Origin: Alistipes senegalensis | Lineage (GTDB): Bacteria > Bacillota > Clostridia > Oscillospirales > Ruminococcaceae | Assembly: GCA_023665275.1 (NCBI GenBank) | Contig: JAMPEF010000001.1 | Location: 40,924 to 104,923 of the forward strand | Length of the DNA: 64,000 nt | Direction: 5' to 3' | Made by a program: the position numbers and the translations under genes | In this document: positions 9,388-17,701 of the stretch, in pieces | Numbering within the stretch: position 1 is the first letter of the stretch | Layout of the letters: each line of letters opens with the position of its first letter | Notes under the pieces: model-generated | The model's database searches: none | The model's input: the letters and a program-made list of their open reading frames with translations, nothing else | What the model was told of the DNA's origin: nothing

Positions 9388-10398
9388 ATGGCTGAATACA
9401 TTTCACAGGGAGTTTTCATAATTTCAGATACAGTAAAAATTGAAAGTTATGCATCGGTAGTAGGTTCTAAAGAGGGTGAAGGAAACTTAGGAAAGTATTT
9501 CGACGAAATAATAGAAGACAGTCATTTTGGTAAAAGTTCGTGGGAAAAAGCAGAGAGCCGTTTTCAGCTTGAGGCTGTAAGCCTTGCGATACGCAAAGCA
9601 GGAATAACCAAAGAAGATATTGATATTATATGTTCCGGAGACTTGATTAATCAGTGTATCGGTTCGACTTATGGCTTGCGTGAACTGGAGATACCATTTC
9701 TAGGACTATACGGAGCTTGCTCTACTATGGCTGAAGGATTGCTTATATCATCACTGCTTACAGATAATAAAGTGGCAAAACGTGCTGTAGCAGTTACATC
9801 ATCGCATTTTTCGACAGCTGAAAGACAATTCAGATTTCCATTGTCATACGGCGGACAGCGTACACCTACTGCACAATGGACTTGCACAGCATCGGGTGCG
9901 GTGGTACTTTCCGACACCAACGGCACTATAAAAGTAGTAGGTGGCTGTATCGGAAGAATTACCGATATGGGAATAAATGATATAAATAATATGGGTAGTG
10001 CTATGGCTCCTGCTGCCGCTGGAACTATTCAGCGTTACCTTAATGCAACCGGAACTAATCCAGAAGATTATGACTTTATAGTTACCGGAGATTTAGGCAT
10101 GGTAGGCAGCAGACTACTGATTGAATTTTTACAGAAACAAGATATTGATATTTCTGTACAGCATCAGGATTGTGGTTGTCTGATTTTCGACAGCGAAAAA
10201 CAGGATACACATTGTGGTGGTTCGGGTTGTGGTTGTAGTGCAAGTGTCTTATGTGGATATTTTCTGCCTATGCTTGAAAACGGCACAGCTAAAAACATAC
10301 TGTTTATTGCAACAGGTGCATTGATGTCGCCCATGTCGCTACAGCAGGGTGAATCAATTCCGACAATTGCACATCTTGTACATTTAAGAAAGGACTGA
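9388..10398 (+). CDS. spoVAD: Stage V sporulation protein AD
   Basis: 336 aa. Collinear similarity to B. subtilis SpoVAD (thiolase-like fold): GACSTM, SSHFSTAERQFRFP, GSAMAPAAA, and the C-terminal SIPTIAH. Confidence 0.9.
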   Translation: MAEYISQGVFIISDTVKIESYASVVGSKEGEGNLGKYFDEIIEDSHFGKSSWEKAESRFQLEAVSLAIRKAGITKEDIDIICSGDLINQCIGSTYGLRELEIPFLGLYGACSTMAEGLLISSLLTDNKVAKRAVAVTSSHFSTAERQFRFPLSYGGQRTPTAQWTCTASGAVVLSDTNGTIKVVGGCIGRITDMGINDINNMGSAMAPAAAGTIQRYLNATGTNPEDYDFIVTGDLGMVGSRLLIEFLQKQDIDISVQHQDCGCLIFDSEKQDTHCGGSGCGCSASVLCGYFLPMLENGTAKNILFIATGALMSPMSLQQGESIPTIAHLVHLRKD

Positions 10399-10403
10399 AA
10401 AAA

Positions 10404-10769
10404 ATGATATTATGGGATTTGATAAAAGCTTTTCTGATAGGTGGTATCATATGTGCTATAGGACAGCTTTTAATTGACTATACAAAACTAACTCCGGCAA
10501 GAATACTTACAAGTTTTGTTGTTGCCGGAGTAGCGCTTTCCGCACTTGGAATATACAAACCACTTGTTGAATTTGCCGGAGCAGGTGCGTCCGTACCGCT
10601 TACGGGTTTCGGAAATCTTTTAGCGGAAGGTGTCCGAAAAGCCATTGACCGTGATGGTTTTTTAGGTGTATTTACCGGAGGACTTACGTCAGCGGCAGCC
10701 GGCGTGACTGTCGCATTACTTGCCGGACTTTCAGCGTCGGCGGTTTTCAAACAGAAAGACAAGAGTTAA
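10404..10769 (+). CDS. spoVAE: Stage V sporulation protein AE (SpoVAEb-type)
   Basis: 121 aa. IGGIICAIGQLLIDYTKLTPA and FAGAGASVPLTGFGN match the SpoVAC/SpoVAEb family. Length and N-terminus are closest to SpoVAEb. Confidence 0.75.
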   Translation: MILWDLIKAFLIGGIICAIGQLLIDYTKLTPARILTSFVVAGVALSALGIYKPLVEFAGAGASVPLTGFGNLLAEGVRKAIDRDGFLGVFTGGLTSAAAGVTVALLAGLSASAVFKQKDKS

Positions 10770-10770
10770 T

Positions 10771-10810
10771 TAAAAAAAGGCATTTCCGGTGCGGAAGTGC
10801 CTTCAATTTA
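10771..10810. terminator. Bidirectional hairpin terminator between spoVAE and the convergent lipoprotein gene
   Basis: aaggcatttccg-gtg-cggaagtgcctt, flanked by an A-run on one side and a T-rich run on the other. Confidence 0.5.
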
Positions 10811-11443
10811 TTTATTTATTTTTTCTGTCCAGTCAGTGTAAAGATGATTATTTCTTACAAGACTAAGTGCAGAAAGTGCATTTTCGTCATACGTCTTGTA
10901 TGATATACACTGATTTGCTCCGGTATTCATAATCCTGAACCAATTTCTTTTATCGTCTGGAATACAACAACTGTAATCATAATAAATGCTTTCAATAACA
11001 TCGGGTTCACACCCATCATCACGCAGACGGTCATAATCTTTGGCATCATAATTTATTCCGGAAATATATTCAGATAACTTTTGTGTATCTTCTGGAGAAA
11101 AATTTCCGATATTTTCGAGATGATCAGCAATTTCCCACGCAGACTCGTCATGACCGGAAAATTTCTTCACAAAATCATAATTATCGTCCCTGTAATTACT
11201 GTCCATAGTCCAGACAGTGCCGTCACTAAGTACCACAAAATAATACATAATATCTGTATCTGTATATTTTTCTTCCTGATAATTATGAAGAATAGTCACA
11301 AAAAACAGAACTTTATCCATATTACTTTCCGCTGAAATTTCCGGAGTGATTTCTTTTGTCGTATTTCCACAGGCTGTAAACATCATCATAACAAAAATCA
11401 GGAAAATATTTAATATTTTTCTGAACTTACACGCCATAGACAT
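10808..11443 (-). CDS. Putative lipoprotein (unknown function)
   Basis: N-terminal KFRK, hydrophobic run, FTAC lipobox. 211 aa. Overlaps the upstream ORF by about 34 nt, suggesting an operon. Confidence 0.55.
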   Translation of the reverse strand: MSMACKFRKILNIFLIFVMMMFTACGNTTKEITPEISAESNMDKVLFFVTILHNYQEEKYTDTDIMYYFVVLSDGTVWTMDSNYRDDNYDFVKKFSGHDESAWEIADHLENIGNFSPEDTQKLSEYISGINYDAKDYDRLRDDGCEPDVIESIYYDYSCCIPDDKRNWFRIMNTGANQCISYKTYDENALSALSLVRNNHLYTDWTEKINK

Positions 11444-11901
11444 TCACCGTCTTCACAGTTTACAACAACCCAGTCAAATTTTTTTGACATAATATAGAAA
11501 TCTGTTACAAAATATATTTCTGAAAAAGCCATCAATATTTCAGAAATTTCGCCCTCATATACCCATCCGTCTGCAACAATACCGAAATATTTTTTATTGT
11601 CTGAATAATCCGGAATAAGACTTTTTATTGAATTAATATCAGTGTCATCATAGTGTAAGCGTATTGTATCAGATGTCTTAAGATTTTTGCGAAAATTAAG
11701 CCATGCATATGACAAATCAATTTTTTCAGGTTCAAAATACCTTATATTCTTATCATACTCAAAAAATGTATAGTAAAATTTACGTATAATATTTTCATAT
11801 GAAAGTTTTGATACTTCATGAAACTTTGAACGGTCAATATTTTCTTCTTTTATAGTATTTTCAATTTCATTTCTTACTCTGTAACGTTCCTTTTGTGTCA
11901 T
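11410..11901 (-). CDS. Hypothetical cytoplasmic protein (start uncertain; the ORF track begins at a TTG at 11976)
   Basis: Long ORF with no recognisable motifs. Candidate ATG starts at 11961, 11949, 11910, 11901, none with a strong RBS. Confidence 0.4.
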   Translation of the reverse strand: MTQKERYRVRNEIENTIKEENIDRSKFHEVSKLSYENIIRKFYYTFFEYDKNIRYFEPEKIDLSYAWLNFRKNLKTSDTIRLHYDDTDINSIKSLIPDYSDNKKYFGIVADGWVYEGEISEILMAFSEIYFVTDFYIMSKKFDWVVVNCEDGECLWRVSSEKY

Positions 11902-12098
11902 ATGTAACCCCATTTGATTTAGTTTCCTTATTGTAAAATTTTCTATCATTATAACATACATAAAATCAGAAGTCAAGAAAAAATAAATATGTTATCTGTA
12001 TTTTAATATCAATATTGTACTATTACAACAGTTTATCCGATATAAATAATCATTATTTTATAATTTCCTACAAAAATAAATTTTTTTCGGTTTTTCTA

Positions 12099-12127
12099 TT
12101 GACTTTTTCAGAAACACGTGCTATAAT
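12099..12127 (+). promoter_or_regulatory. Consensus-like sigma-A promoter for the tRNA-Met-tRNA-Glu operon (TTGACT-17-TATAAT)
   Basis: TTGACT at 12099-12104, 17-nt spacer, TATAAT at 12122-12127. About 40 nt upstream of the tRNA 5' end. Confidence 0.55.
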
Positions 12128-12167
12128 AATAAAGTCGTAAGGCAGTAATAGCAACGACGTCAAATAT

Positions 12168-12244
12168 GGCGGCATAGCTCAGTTGGCTAGAGTACTCGGT
12201 TCATACCCGATTGGTCGTTGGTTCAAATCCTACTGCCGCTACCA
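12168..12244 (+). tRNA. tRNA-Met (anticodon CAT); could alternatively be tRNA-Ile2 (lysidine) or initiator
   Basis: Cloverleaf folded by hand: acceptor GGCGGCA/TGCCGCT, D-arm GCTCAGTTGGCTAGAGT, anticodon loop TTCATAC, T-arm GGTTCAAATCC, encoded CCA. Confidence 0.75.
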
Positions 12245-12252
12245 TTTAACAA

Positions 12253-12324
12253 GGCCCGTTGGTCAAGCGGTTAAGACATCGCCCTTTCACGGCGGAATCA
12301 TGGGTTCGATTCCCGTACGGGTCA
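12253..12324 (+). tRNA. tRNA-Glu (anticodon TTC)
   Basis: GGCCCGTTGGTCAAGCGGTTAAGACATCGCCCTTTCACGGCGG...GGGTTCGATTCCCGTACGGGTCA. Anticodon loop CTTTCAC. Typical tRNA-Glu sequence. ORF-track ORFs 12183..12371 and the 5' part of 12259..12840 are artefacts over these tRNAs. Confidence 0.85.
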
Positions 12325-12332
12325 CTTCAAAA

Positions 12333-12368
12333 ATCCACAAACTTAATGGTTTGTGGATTTTATTTTTA
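12333..12368 (+). terminator. Rho-independent terminator after the tRNA pair
   Basis: Perfect 10-bp stem atccacaaac/gtttgtggat with a 6-nt loop, followed by TTTTATTTTTAT. Confidence 0.7.
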
Positions 12369-12390
12369 TAAAATTTATAGAGGTAAAACA

Positions 12391-12840
12391 ATGGGACATG
12401 GTTATTGTTTTGATTGCAAAAAATGTCACTATGAATACGATGTATGTGTGGGTTCTTGTATGTTATTTTCTTATACATACAAGCAGATTGTAAATGAAAT
12501 AAAAAACGGTGTACATGGAAATAACTGGAAATATGTTTTTTCAAGTCGAAATGATATGGTTGTAAATGCTACAAAATATCTGTATATCTGCCAATGTGGT
12601 AACTGGTCAGTCGAACCTTCCCTTTCACTGTATGCCCCCAAAAATTCTAATAAACTCACTAAAACATATGTCATGGAATATGATTTAAAATCTGATTATT
12701 ATTGTATCATAAATTATATTCATATATGCAAAAAATGTGGTGCGGAAATGTATAAAACAGATATTACACATAAAACACTGCTCCCCTGCCCCAAATGTAA
12801 CAATATAAATCAGACATCAGGCATTATCAACTGGGATTAG
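12391..12840 (+). CDS. Cysteine-rich hypothetical protein with multiple CxxC pairs (putative zinc-ribbon protein)
   Basis: 149 aa from MGHGYCFDCKKCHYEY. Further pairs CQCGNW, CKKCGAE, CPKCNN. RBS AGAGGT 7 nt upstream. No family recognised. Confidence 0.55.
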   Translation: MGHGYCFDCKKCHYEYDVCVGSCMLFSYTYKQIVNEIKNGVHGNNWKYVFSSRNDMVVNATKYLYICQCGNWSVEPSLSLYAPKNSNKLTKTYVMEYDLKSDYYCIINYIHICKKCGAEMYKTDITHKTLLPCPKCNNINQTSGIINWD

Positions 12841-12904
12841 AATATTGACTTTAATTAAAGCAACTGTTATAACAAATTATAAAATAGTAATAAGGAGTTT
12901 TATA

Positions 12905-13939
12905 ATGAATATGCTTGACAAATACAAAGGTTGTCTTATCGGAGGTGCCGTCGGAGACGCACTCGGATATATTGTGGAATTTTTTCCTGAAAAGAAAATT
13001 TTCGGTCATTATGGTGAAAATGGTATAATAGAATACGAACTCAGAAATAACAAGGCAATTATATCAGATGATACTCAAATGACGCTTTTTACTGCAAACG
13101 GTCTTTTACTTGGTGCAAAAGACGGGTCATACATTCACTCAATATACGATTGTTATAAAGAATGGTTTGTAACTCAAAACTGTGAGTACAAAATAAAATT
13201 AAAATACCGTTCATGGCTTGTGGACATTCCGGAATTATGGGAACGACGTGCGCCAGGCTTTACGTGTATTAGTGCTATTTCTTCTGGTAAAATGGGTTCT
13301 GTAAGAAATCCCATAAACGACAGTAAAGGTTGTGGCGGTGTAATGCGTGTTGCACCTATTGGACTTTTCTTTAAGGATATAAGCAAAATATCACAAACTG
13401 ATATGATTGCAGCGGAAGCCTCTGCCATTACTCACGGTCACGAACTCGGCTATATACCATCTGCATGTTTCGTACATATTATAAACCTTATTTCACATAG
13501 TGATATTCCACTTAAAGATGCAGTTTCTGAAAGCATTTCCCATACAAAAAAACTTTTTAAAAATTGCAAACATATAGATTATTTCTGTCAACTTATGAAT
13601 AAAGCCTTGAAACTTTCCAGACAAAATATCAATGACCTTGACGCAATTCATGAACTTGGTGAAGGCTGGGTTGCAGAAGAAACTCTTTCTATAGCAGTTT
13701 ATTGTGCCTTGAAGTATGAAAATAACTTTGAAAAAGCTATTATTACATCTGTAAACCACAACGGCGACAGCGATTCTACTGGTGCAGTAACTGGAAATAT
13801 ACTCGGTTCTTATCTCGGAATGAATGCTATTCCTGAAAAATTCCTTGAAAATCTTGAAATTAAAGATGTTATTTCTGAAATTGCCTGTGACCTTTATAAT
13901 TATACACCCGAAAATATAAACCCTAAATATCTAAAATAA
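12905..13939 (+). CDS. ADP-ribosylglycohydrolase family protein (DraG/ARH-like)
   Basis: MNMLDKYKGCLIGGAVGDALGYIVEF and DDTQMTLFTANGLL are ARH-family N-terminal signatures. C-terminal Asp-rich NHNGDSDSTGAVTGNILG (metal site). TAAGGAG RBS. Confidence 0.8.
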   Translation: MNMLDKYKGCLIGGAVGDALGYIVEFFPEKKIFGHYGENGIIEYELRNNKAIISDDTQMTLFTANGLLLGAKDGSYIHSIYDCYKEWFVTQNCEYKIKLKYRSWLVDIPELWERRAPGFTCISAISSGKMGSVRNPINDSKGCGGVMRVAPIGLFFKDISKISQTDMIAAEASAITHGHELGYIPSACFVHIINLISHSDIPLKDAVSESISHTKKLFKNCKHIDYFCQLMNKALKLSRQNINDLDAIHELGEGWVAEETLSIAVYCALKYENNFEKAIITSVNHNGDSDSTGAVTGNILGSYLGMNAIPEKFLENLEIKDVISEIACDLYNYTPENINPKYLK

Positions 13940-13940
13940 A

Positions 13941-14288
13941 AATGTTCCACGTGGAACATTTTCAGGTTTTATACAAGCTGATTGTTCCACGTGGAACATT
14001 TTTCAAGTTTCGTACAAGCTGATTGTTCTACGTGGAACATTTTTCAAGTTTCGTACAGACCGATTGTTCCATGTGGAACATTTTTCAAGTTTCATACAGA
14101 CTGATTGTTCCACGTGGAACATTTTTCAAGTTTCGTACAGACCAATTGTTCCATGTGGAACATTTTTCAAGTTTCATACAGACTGATTGTTCCACGTGGA
14201 ACATTTTTCAAGTTTCGTACAGACTGATTGTTCCGCGTGGAACATTTTTCAAGTTTCGTACAAACCGATTGTTCCATGTGGAACATTT
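13941..14288. repeat. Tandem array 2: 9 copies of parS-like palindrome, period 41 bp
   Basis: 16-mers start at 13943, 13983, 14024, 14065, 14106, 14147, 14188, 14229, 14270. Four are perfect. The others have single central changes (TACGTG, CATGTG x3, CGCGTG). Spacer TTTTCAAGTTTCRTACAGACYGAT. ORF 14023..14367 is an artefact. Confidence 0.9.
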
Positions 14289-14366
14289 TATTTTTTCATT
14301 ACGTAATGAAAGGAATATTATTTTATTTTCCGGCATATTATTCTATGATATTTTGGAGGTGATGTA

Positions 14367-16415
14367 ATGGAAAACAATAAATATATTGTAGCACTTGCCG
14401 GAAATCCCAATGTTGGAAAGTCAACGGTATTTAATGCCCTAACAGGCATGAATCAGCATACTGGAAACTGGGCAGGGAAAACTGTTTCAAGTGCAGAAGG
14501 ATTCTTTGAATACAAAGATATGCATTTCACACTTGCGGATATTCCAGGAATGTATTCACTCCGCAACAGTTCCGCAGAAGAAACTACTGCAAGCGATTTC
14601 ATTTATTTTACGGAAACTGATGCTATTATTGTAGTATGTGATGCAACTTGTCTTGAAAGAAATCTAAATCTTGTCATACAAATAACAGAAGTATCTCCAA
14701 AAACTATAGTATGTGTAAATCTTCTTGACGAGGCGAGCGCAAAAGGCATAACCATAGACCTTGATTTATTAAGTCAGATTTTAGGCGTACACGTCGTGGG
14801 CATCACAGCACGTGACGGAAAAGGTCTTGACAAACTTCTTGAATGTCTTTACAACTGCATAAAAGAAGACGCATTACCAGTAAAGCTTCAACTTCCCCTG
14901 AATGACGACATAAAAAACGCCATAACAGATATTTCCCGTATAATAGAAAAAGATATACATAAACTTCCGCCGGAAACTGTCGCAATGCATATACTTGAAA
15001 ACAATACATCTTTCCTTGAAAAAACAGAAAAATATGAAAATATCCATTTTTCAGAGTTTCCGGAAATAGATAAAATAAAATATTCCATGCAAGAAAAAGG
15101 TTTCACGACAGAAAAAATATCTGACGAAATTATTTCCGCAACTATTAAAAAGGCTGCTGAAATTGTTGCAACAACTGTAAGTTATAAAAAATCCTCACCA
15201 TACGTCCGTGACCGTAAACTTGACAGAATATTTCTAAGCAGACGTGCAGGAATACCTGTAATGATTATTCTTTTCGGACTTATATTATGGATTACAATTG
15301 TCGGCGCTAACTATCCGTCGGATTTACTGGGAAAACTTCTTTTCGGACTTGGTGACATAATGTCTAAGGGACTTGCAAAAATAAACGCACCTGAATGGCT
15401 TGATGGTGTACTGATTCAGGGTATATATAAAGTTCTTGCATGGGTAGTATCCGTAATGCTGCCACCTATGGCGATATTTTTTCCTATGTTCACACTTCTG
15501 GAAGATTTAGGGTATCTGCCGAGAATAGCTTTCAATCTTGACCATTGTTTCCGATGTGCAAACGCTTGTGGAAAACAAGCCATAACTATGGCTATGGGAT
15601 TTGGTTGTAATGCTTGCGGAGTTACAGGGTGTCGGATTATAGATTCTCCACGTGAAAGACTTATTGCTATAATAACAAATAGTTTTGTTCCATGTAACGG
15701 ACGTTTTCCGACTATTATTATGATAATTACTATGTTTATTGTAATGTCCGGAAGTTTTCTGTCAACATTGATTCTGCTTGCTGTAATAATAGCCGGTGTT
15801 CTAATGACTCTTGTAATGTCGAAACTTCTTTCATGTACAATACTTAAAGGTGTGGCATCGTCGTTCACACTGGAGCTTCCACCATATCGTAAACCACAAT
15901 TCACAAAAGTACTTATACGTTCAATTTTCGACCGGACTATATTTGTACTTGCACGTGCATGTACTGCCGCTGCTCCGTGCGGACTTCTTATATGGATTTT
16001 TGCTAATGTCCATGTCGGAAATGGTACAATTCTATCTGTTGTTGCAGATTTCCTTAATCCTTTTGCCTGCCTTATGGGACTTGACGGTGTAATATTACTT
16101 GCCTTTATACTGGGATTTCCGGCAAATGAAATAGTATTCCCCATCATACTTATGACATATCTTGCACAGGGAAGCCTTGTCGAAATGTCAGATACTGTAC
16201 AGATTCATGAACTTCTAAAAGAACACGGCTGGAATATCACTACTGCCGTATGTATGATGATTTTCACACTTTTTCACTTTCCGTGTGCGACTACCTGTAT
16301 GACCATAAAAAAAGAAACAGGCAGTCTCAGATGGACTGCCCTAAGTTTTTTACTTCCTACCATTACAGGAATAGTTCTTTGTATGATTGTAAATGCTGTA
16401 AGTATGTTATTTTAG
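14367..16415 (+). CDS. feoB: Ferrous iron transport protein B
   Basis: 682 aa. N-terminal G-domain ALAGNPNVGKSTVFNALTG, followed by polytopic membrane domains with the GCNACG gate motif. No feoA ORF upstream; the repeat array sits there instead. Confidence 0.9.
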   Translation: MENNKYIVALAGNPNVGKSTVFNALTGMNQHTGNWAGKTVSSAEGFFEYKDMHFTLADIPGMYSLRNSSAEETTASDFIYFTETDAIIVVCDATCLERNLNLVIQITEVSPKTIVCVNLLDEASAKGITIDLDLLSQILGVHVVGITARDGKGLDKLLECLYNCIKEDALPVKLQLPLNDDIKNAITDISRIIEKDIHKLPPETVAMHILENNTSFLEKTEKYENIHFSEFPEIDKIKYSMQEKGFTTEKISDEIISATIKKAAEIVATTVSYKKSSPYVRDRKLDRIFLSRRAGIPVMIILFGLILWITIVGANYPSDLLGKLLFGLGDIMSKGLAKINAPEWLDGVLIQGIYKVLAWVVSVMLPPMAIFFPMFTLLEDLGYLPRIAFNLDHCFRCANACGKQAITMAMGFGCNACGVTGCRIIDSPRERLIAIITNSFVPCNGRFPTIIMIITMFIVMSGSFLSTLILLAVIIAGVLMTLVMSKLLSCTILKGVASSFTLELPPYRKPQFTKVLIRSIFDRTIFVLARACTAAAPCGLLIWIFANVHVGNGTILSVVADFLNPFACLMGLDGVILLAFILGFPANEIVFPIILMTYLAQGSLVEMSDTVQIHELLKEHGWNITTAVCMMIFTLFHFPCATTCMTIKKETGSLRWTALSFLLPTITGIVLCMIVNAVSMLF

Positions 16416-16996
16416 ACATCTCCGCCGTATGAACGTACTATAGCTGCAAGTCCGCCCTGATAGCCTGAACCTATTGCATTGAATTTCCATTCACCATTTC
16501 TGTTGTAGAACTCTGCAACAACAAGGGCTGTTTCTATGGAAAACTCTTCTTCAAGGTCAAATCTCAATATAGTATCTCCGGAAGTATCATCTTCATTCTT
16601 CATTTTCGCAACACGTATATATGCATTTGAAACCTGTCCGAAATTCTGGCGACGTTCTTCTGCTTCATGGATTGTTACACAGATAGCTATTTTCTTGATT
16701 TCCGGAGGAAGTTTAGCAAAGTCAATAATAATAACTTCGTCGTCACCCTCTCCGTCACCTGTGAGGTTGTCTCCGGTATGGATTACTGCTCCGTCACGTC
16801 CGCTGAGATTGTTATAAAAAACAAAATCTTCATCACGAAGAAGTTTCCCGTTTTCGCCGAGAAGAAATGCAGAAGCATCAAGGTCAAAATCATAACCGCC
16901 GTCATAACGGTTAGTATCCCAGCCAAGCCCTACAAGTGCAAGACGCATTGTCTCACCGAATGCATATCGCTGACCTTTCTGTAAATTGATTGCCAT
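16412..16996 (-). CDS. TerD-family stress/tellurium-resistance protein
   Basis: MAINLQKGQR start and GDNLTGDGEGDDEVI Ca-binding motif typical of TerD/TerE/YceD. 194 aa. AGGAGG RBS. Confidence 0.85.
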   Translation of the reverse strand: MAINLQKGQRYAFGETMRLALVGLGWDTNRYDGGYDFDLDASAFLLGENGKLLRDEDFVFYNNLSGRDGAVIHTGDNLTGDGEGDDEVIIIDFAKLPPEIKKIAICVTIHEAEERRQNFGQVSNAYIRVAKMKNEDDTSGDTILRFDLEEEFSIETALVVAEFYNRNGEWKFNAIGSGYQGGLAAIVRSYGGDV

Positions 16997-17063
16997 AAAT
17001 AAAAAACCTCCTTTTAAAAGAACGGAACAGCTATTTTTTTATATAAACTGTTCCGCATAAAAA

Positions 17064-17678
17064 TTATCTGTAAAGTGAAATAAGTGCATCTAAACGGCTT
17101 GCCTCTCTGACAGCCTGTCCTATAGCATTGAATTTCCATTCATTGCCCTTGCGGTAAATCTCACCGACAACAAGTCCGGTCATGTTGCTGTAGTTCTCAG
17201 AAAGATTAAACCGGCATATTTCCTGATTTTTTTCCATGTCAACAAGTCTTATAAACGCGTTTTCAATCATACCGAAATGCTGACCTCTTTTATTAGCATC
17301 ATATATGTTTACTGTAAACACAACCTTGTGTATATCCGATGGAAGACGGCTTATGTCAACCATAATCTGTTCATCATCGCCCTCGCCTGCTCCTGTGAGA
17401 TTATCACCCTGATGTATGATTGCACCGCTTGAATGTCTAAGATTCCCGAAATATACAACACTTGTTTTTGTGTCGGTGCTGATAATTTTTCCGTTTGCTC
17501 CGCAAAGTATAGCAGAAGCGTCACAGTCAATATCCTGCTGTGGTACTGAAAACAGGGTCTTGAAAAATCCACCGGACTGTTTCACCTCGTCCCAGCCAAG
17601 ACCGACCATAATTCTCTTAAGTCCGCCACCCTCTTTGCTGAGGTTGATTTTCTGACCTTTCTGAAGATTAATACTCAT
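17064..17678 (-). CDS. TerD-family protein (paralog)
   Basis: MSINLQKGQKINL and GDNLTGAGEGDDEQI. 204 aa. AAGGAGG RBS. 23 bp downstream of the ATPase stop. Confidence 0.85.
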   Translation of the reverse strand: MSINLQKGQKINLSKEGGGLKRIMVGLGWDEVKQSGGFFKTLFSVPQQDIDCDASAILCGANGKIISTDTKTSVVYFGNLRHSSGAIIHQGDNLTGAGEGDDEQIMVDISRLPSDIHKVVFTVNIYDANKRGQHFGMIENAFIRLVDMEKNQEICRFNLSENYSNMTGLVVGEIYRKGNEWKFNAIGQAVREASRLDALISLYR

Positions 17679-17701
17679 TTCTGATTTCCTCCTTCATTAT
17701 A

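Noticed and set aside
12183-12371. ORF 12183..12371 and the N-terminal part of ORF 12259..12840
   Set aside because: They overlay tRNA-Met and tRNA-Glu and the downstream terminator. The real CDS begins at the ATG at 12391, downstream of the terminator, with its own RBS.
15645-15662. Partial parS-like matches inside feoB (TTCTCCACGTGAAAGA, about 15645) and recF (TTTCACGTGGAAAC, about 40258)
   Set aside because: Three or more mismatches or an indel relative to the 16-mer; consistent with chance CACGTG occurrences.
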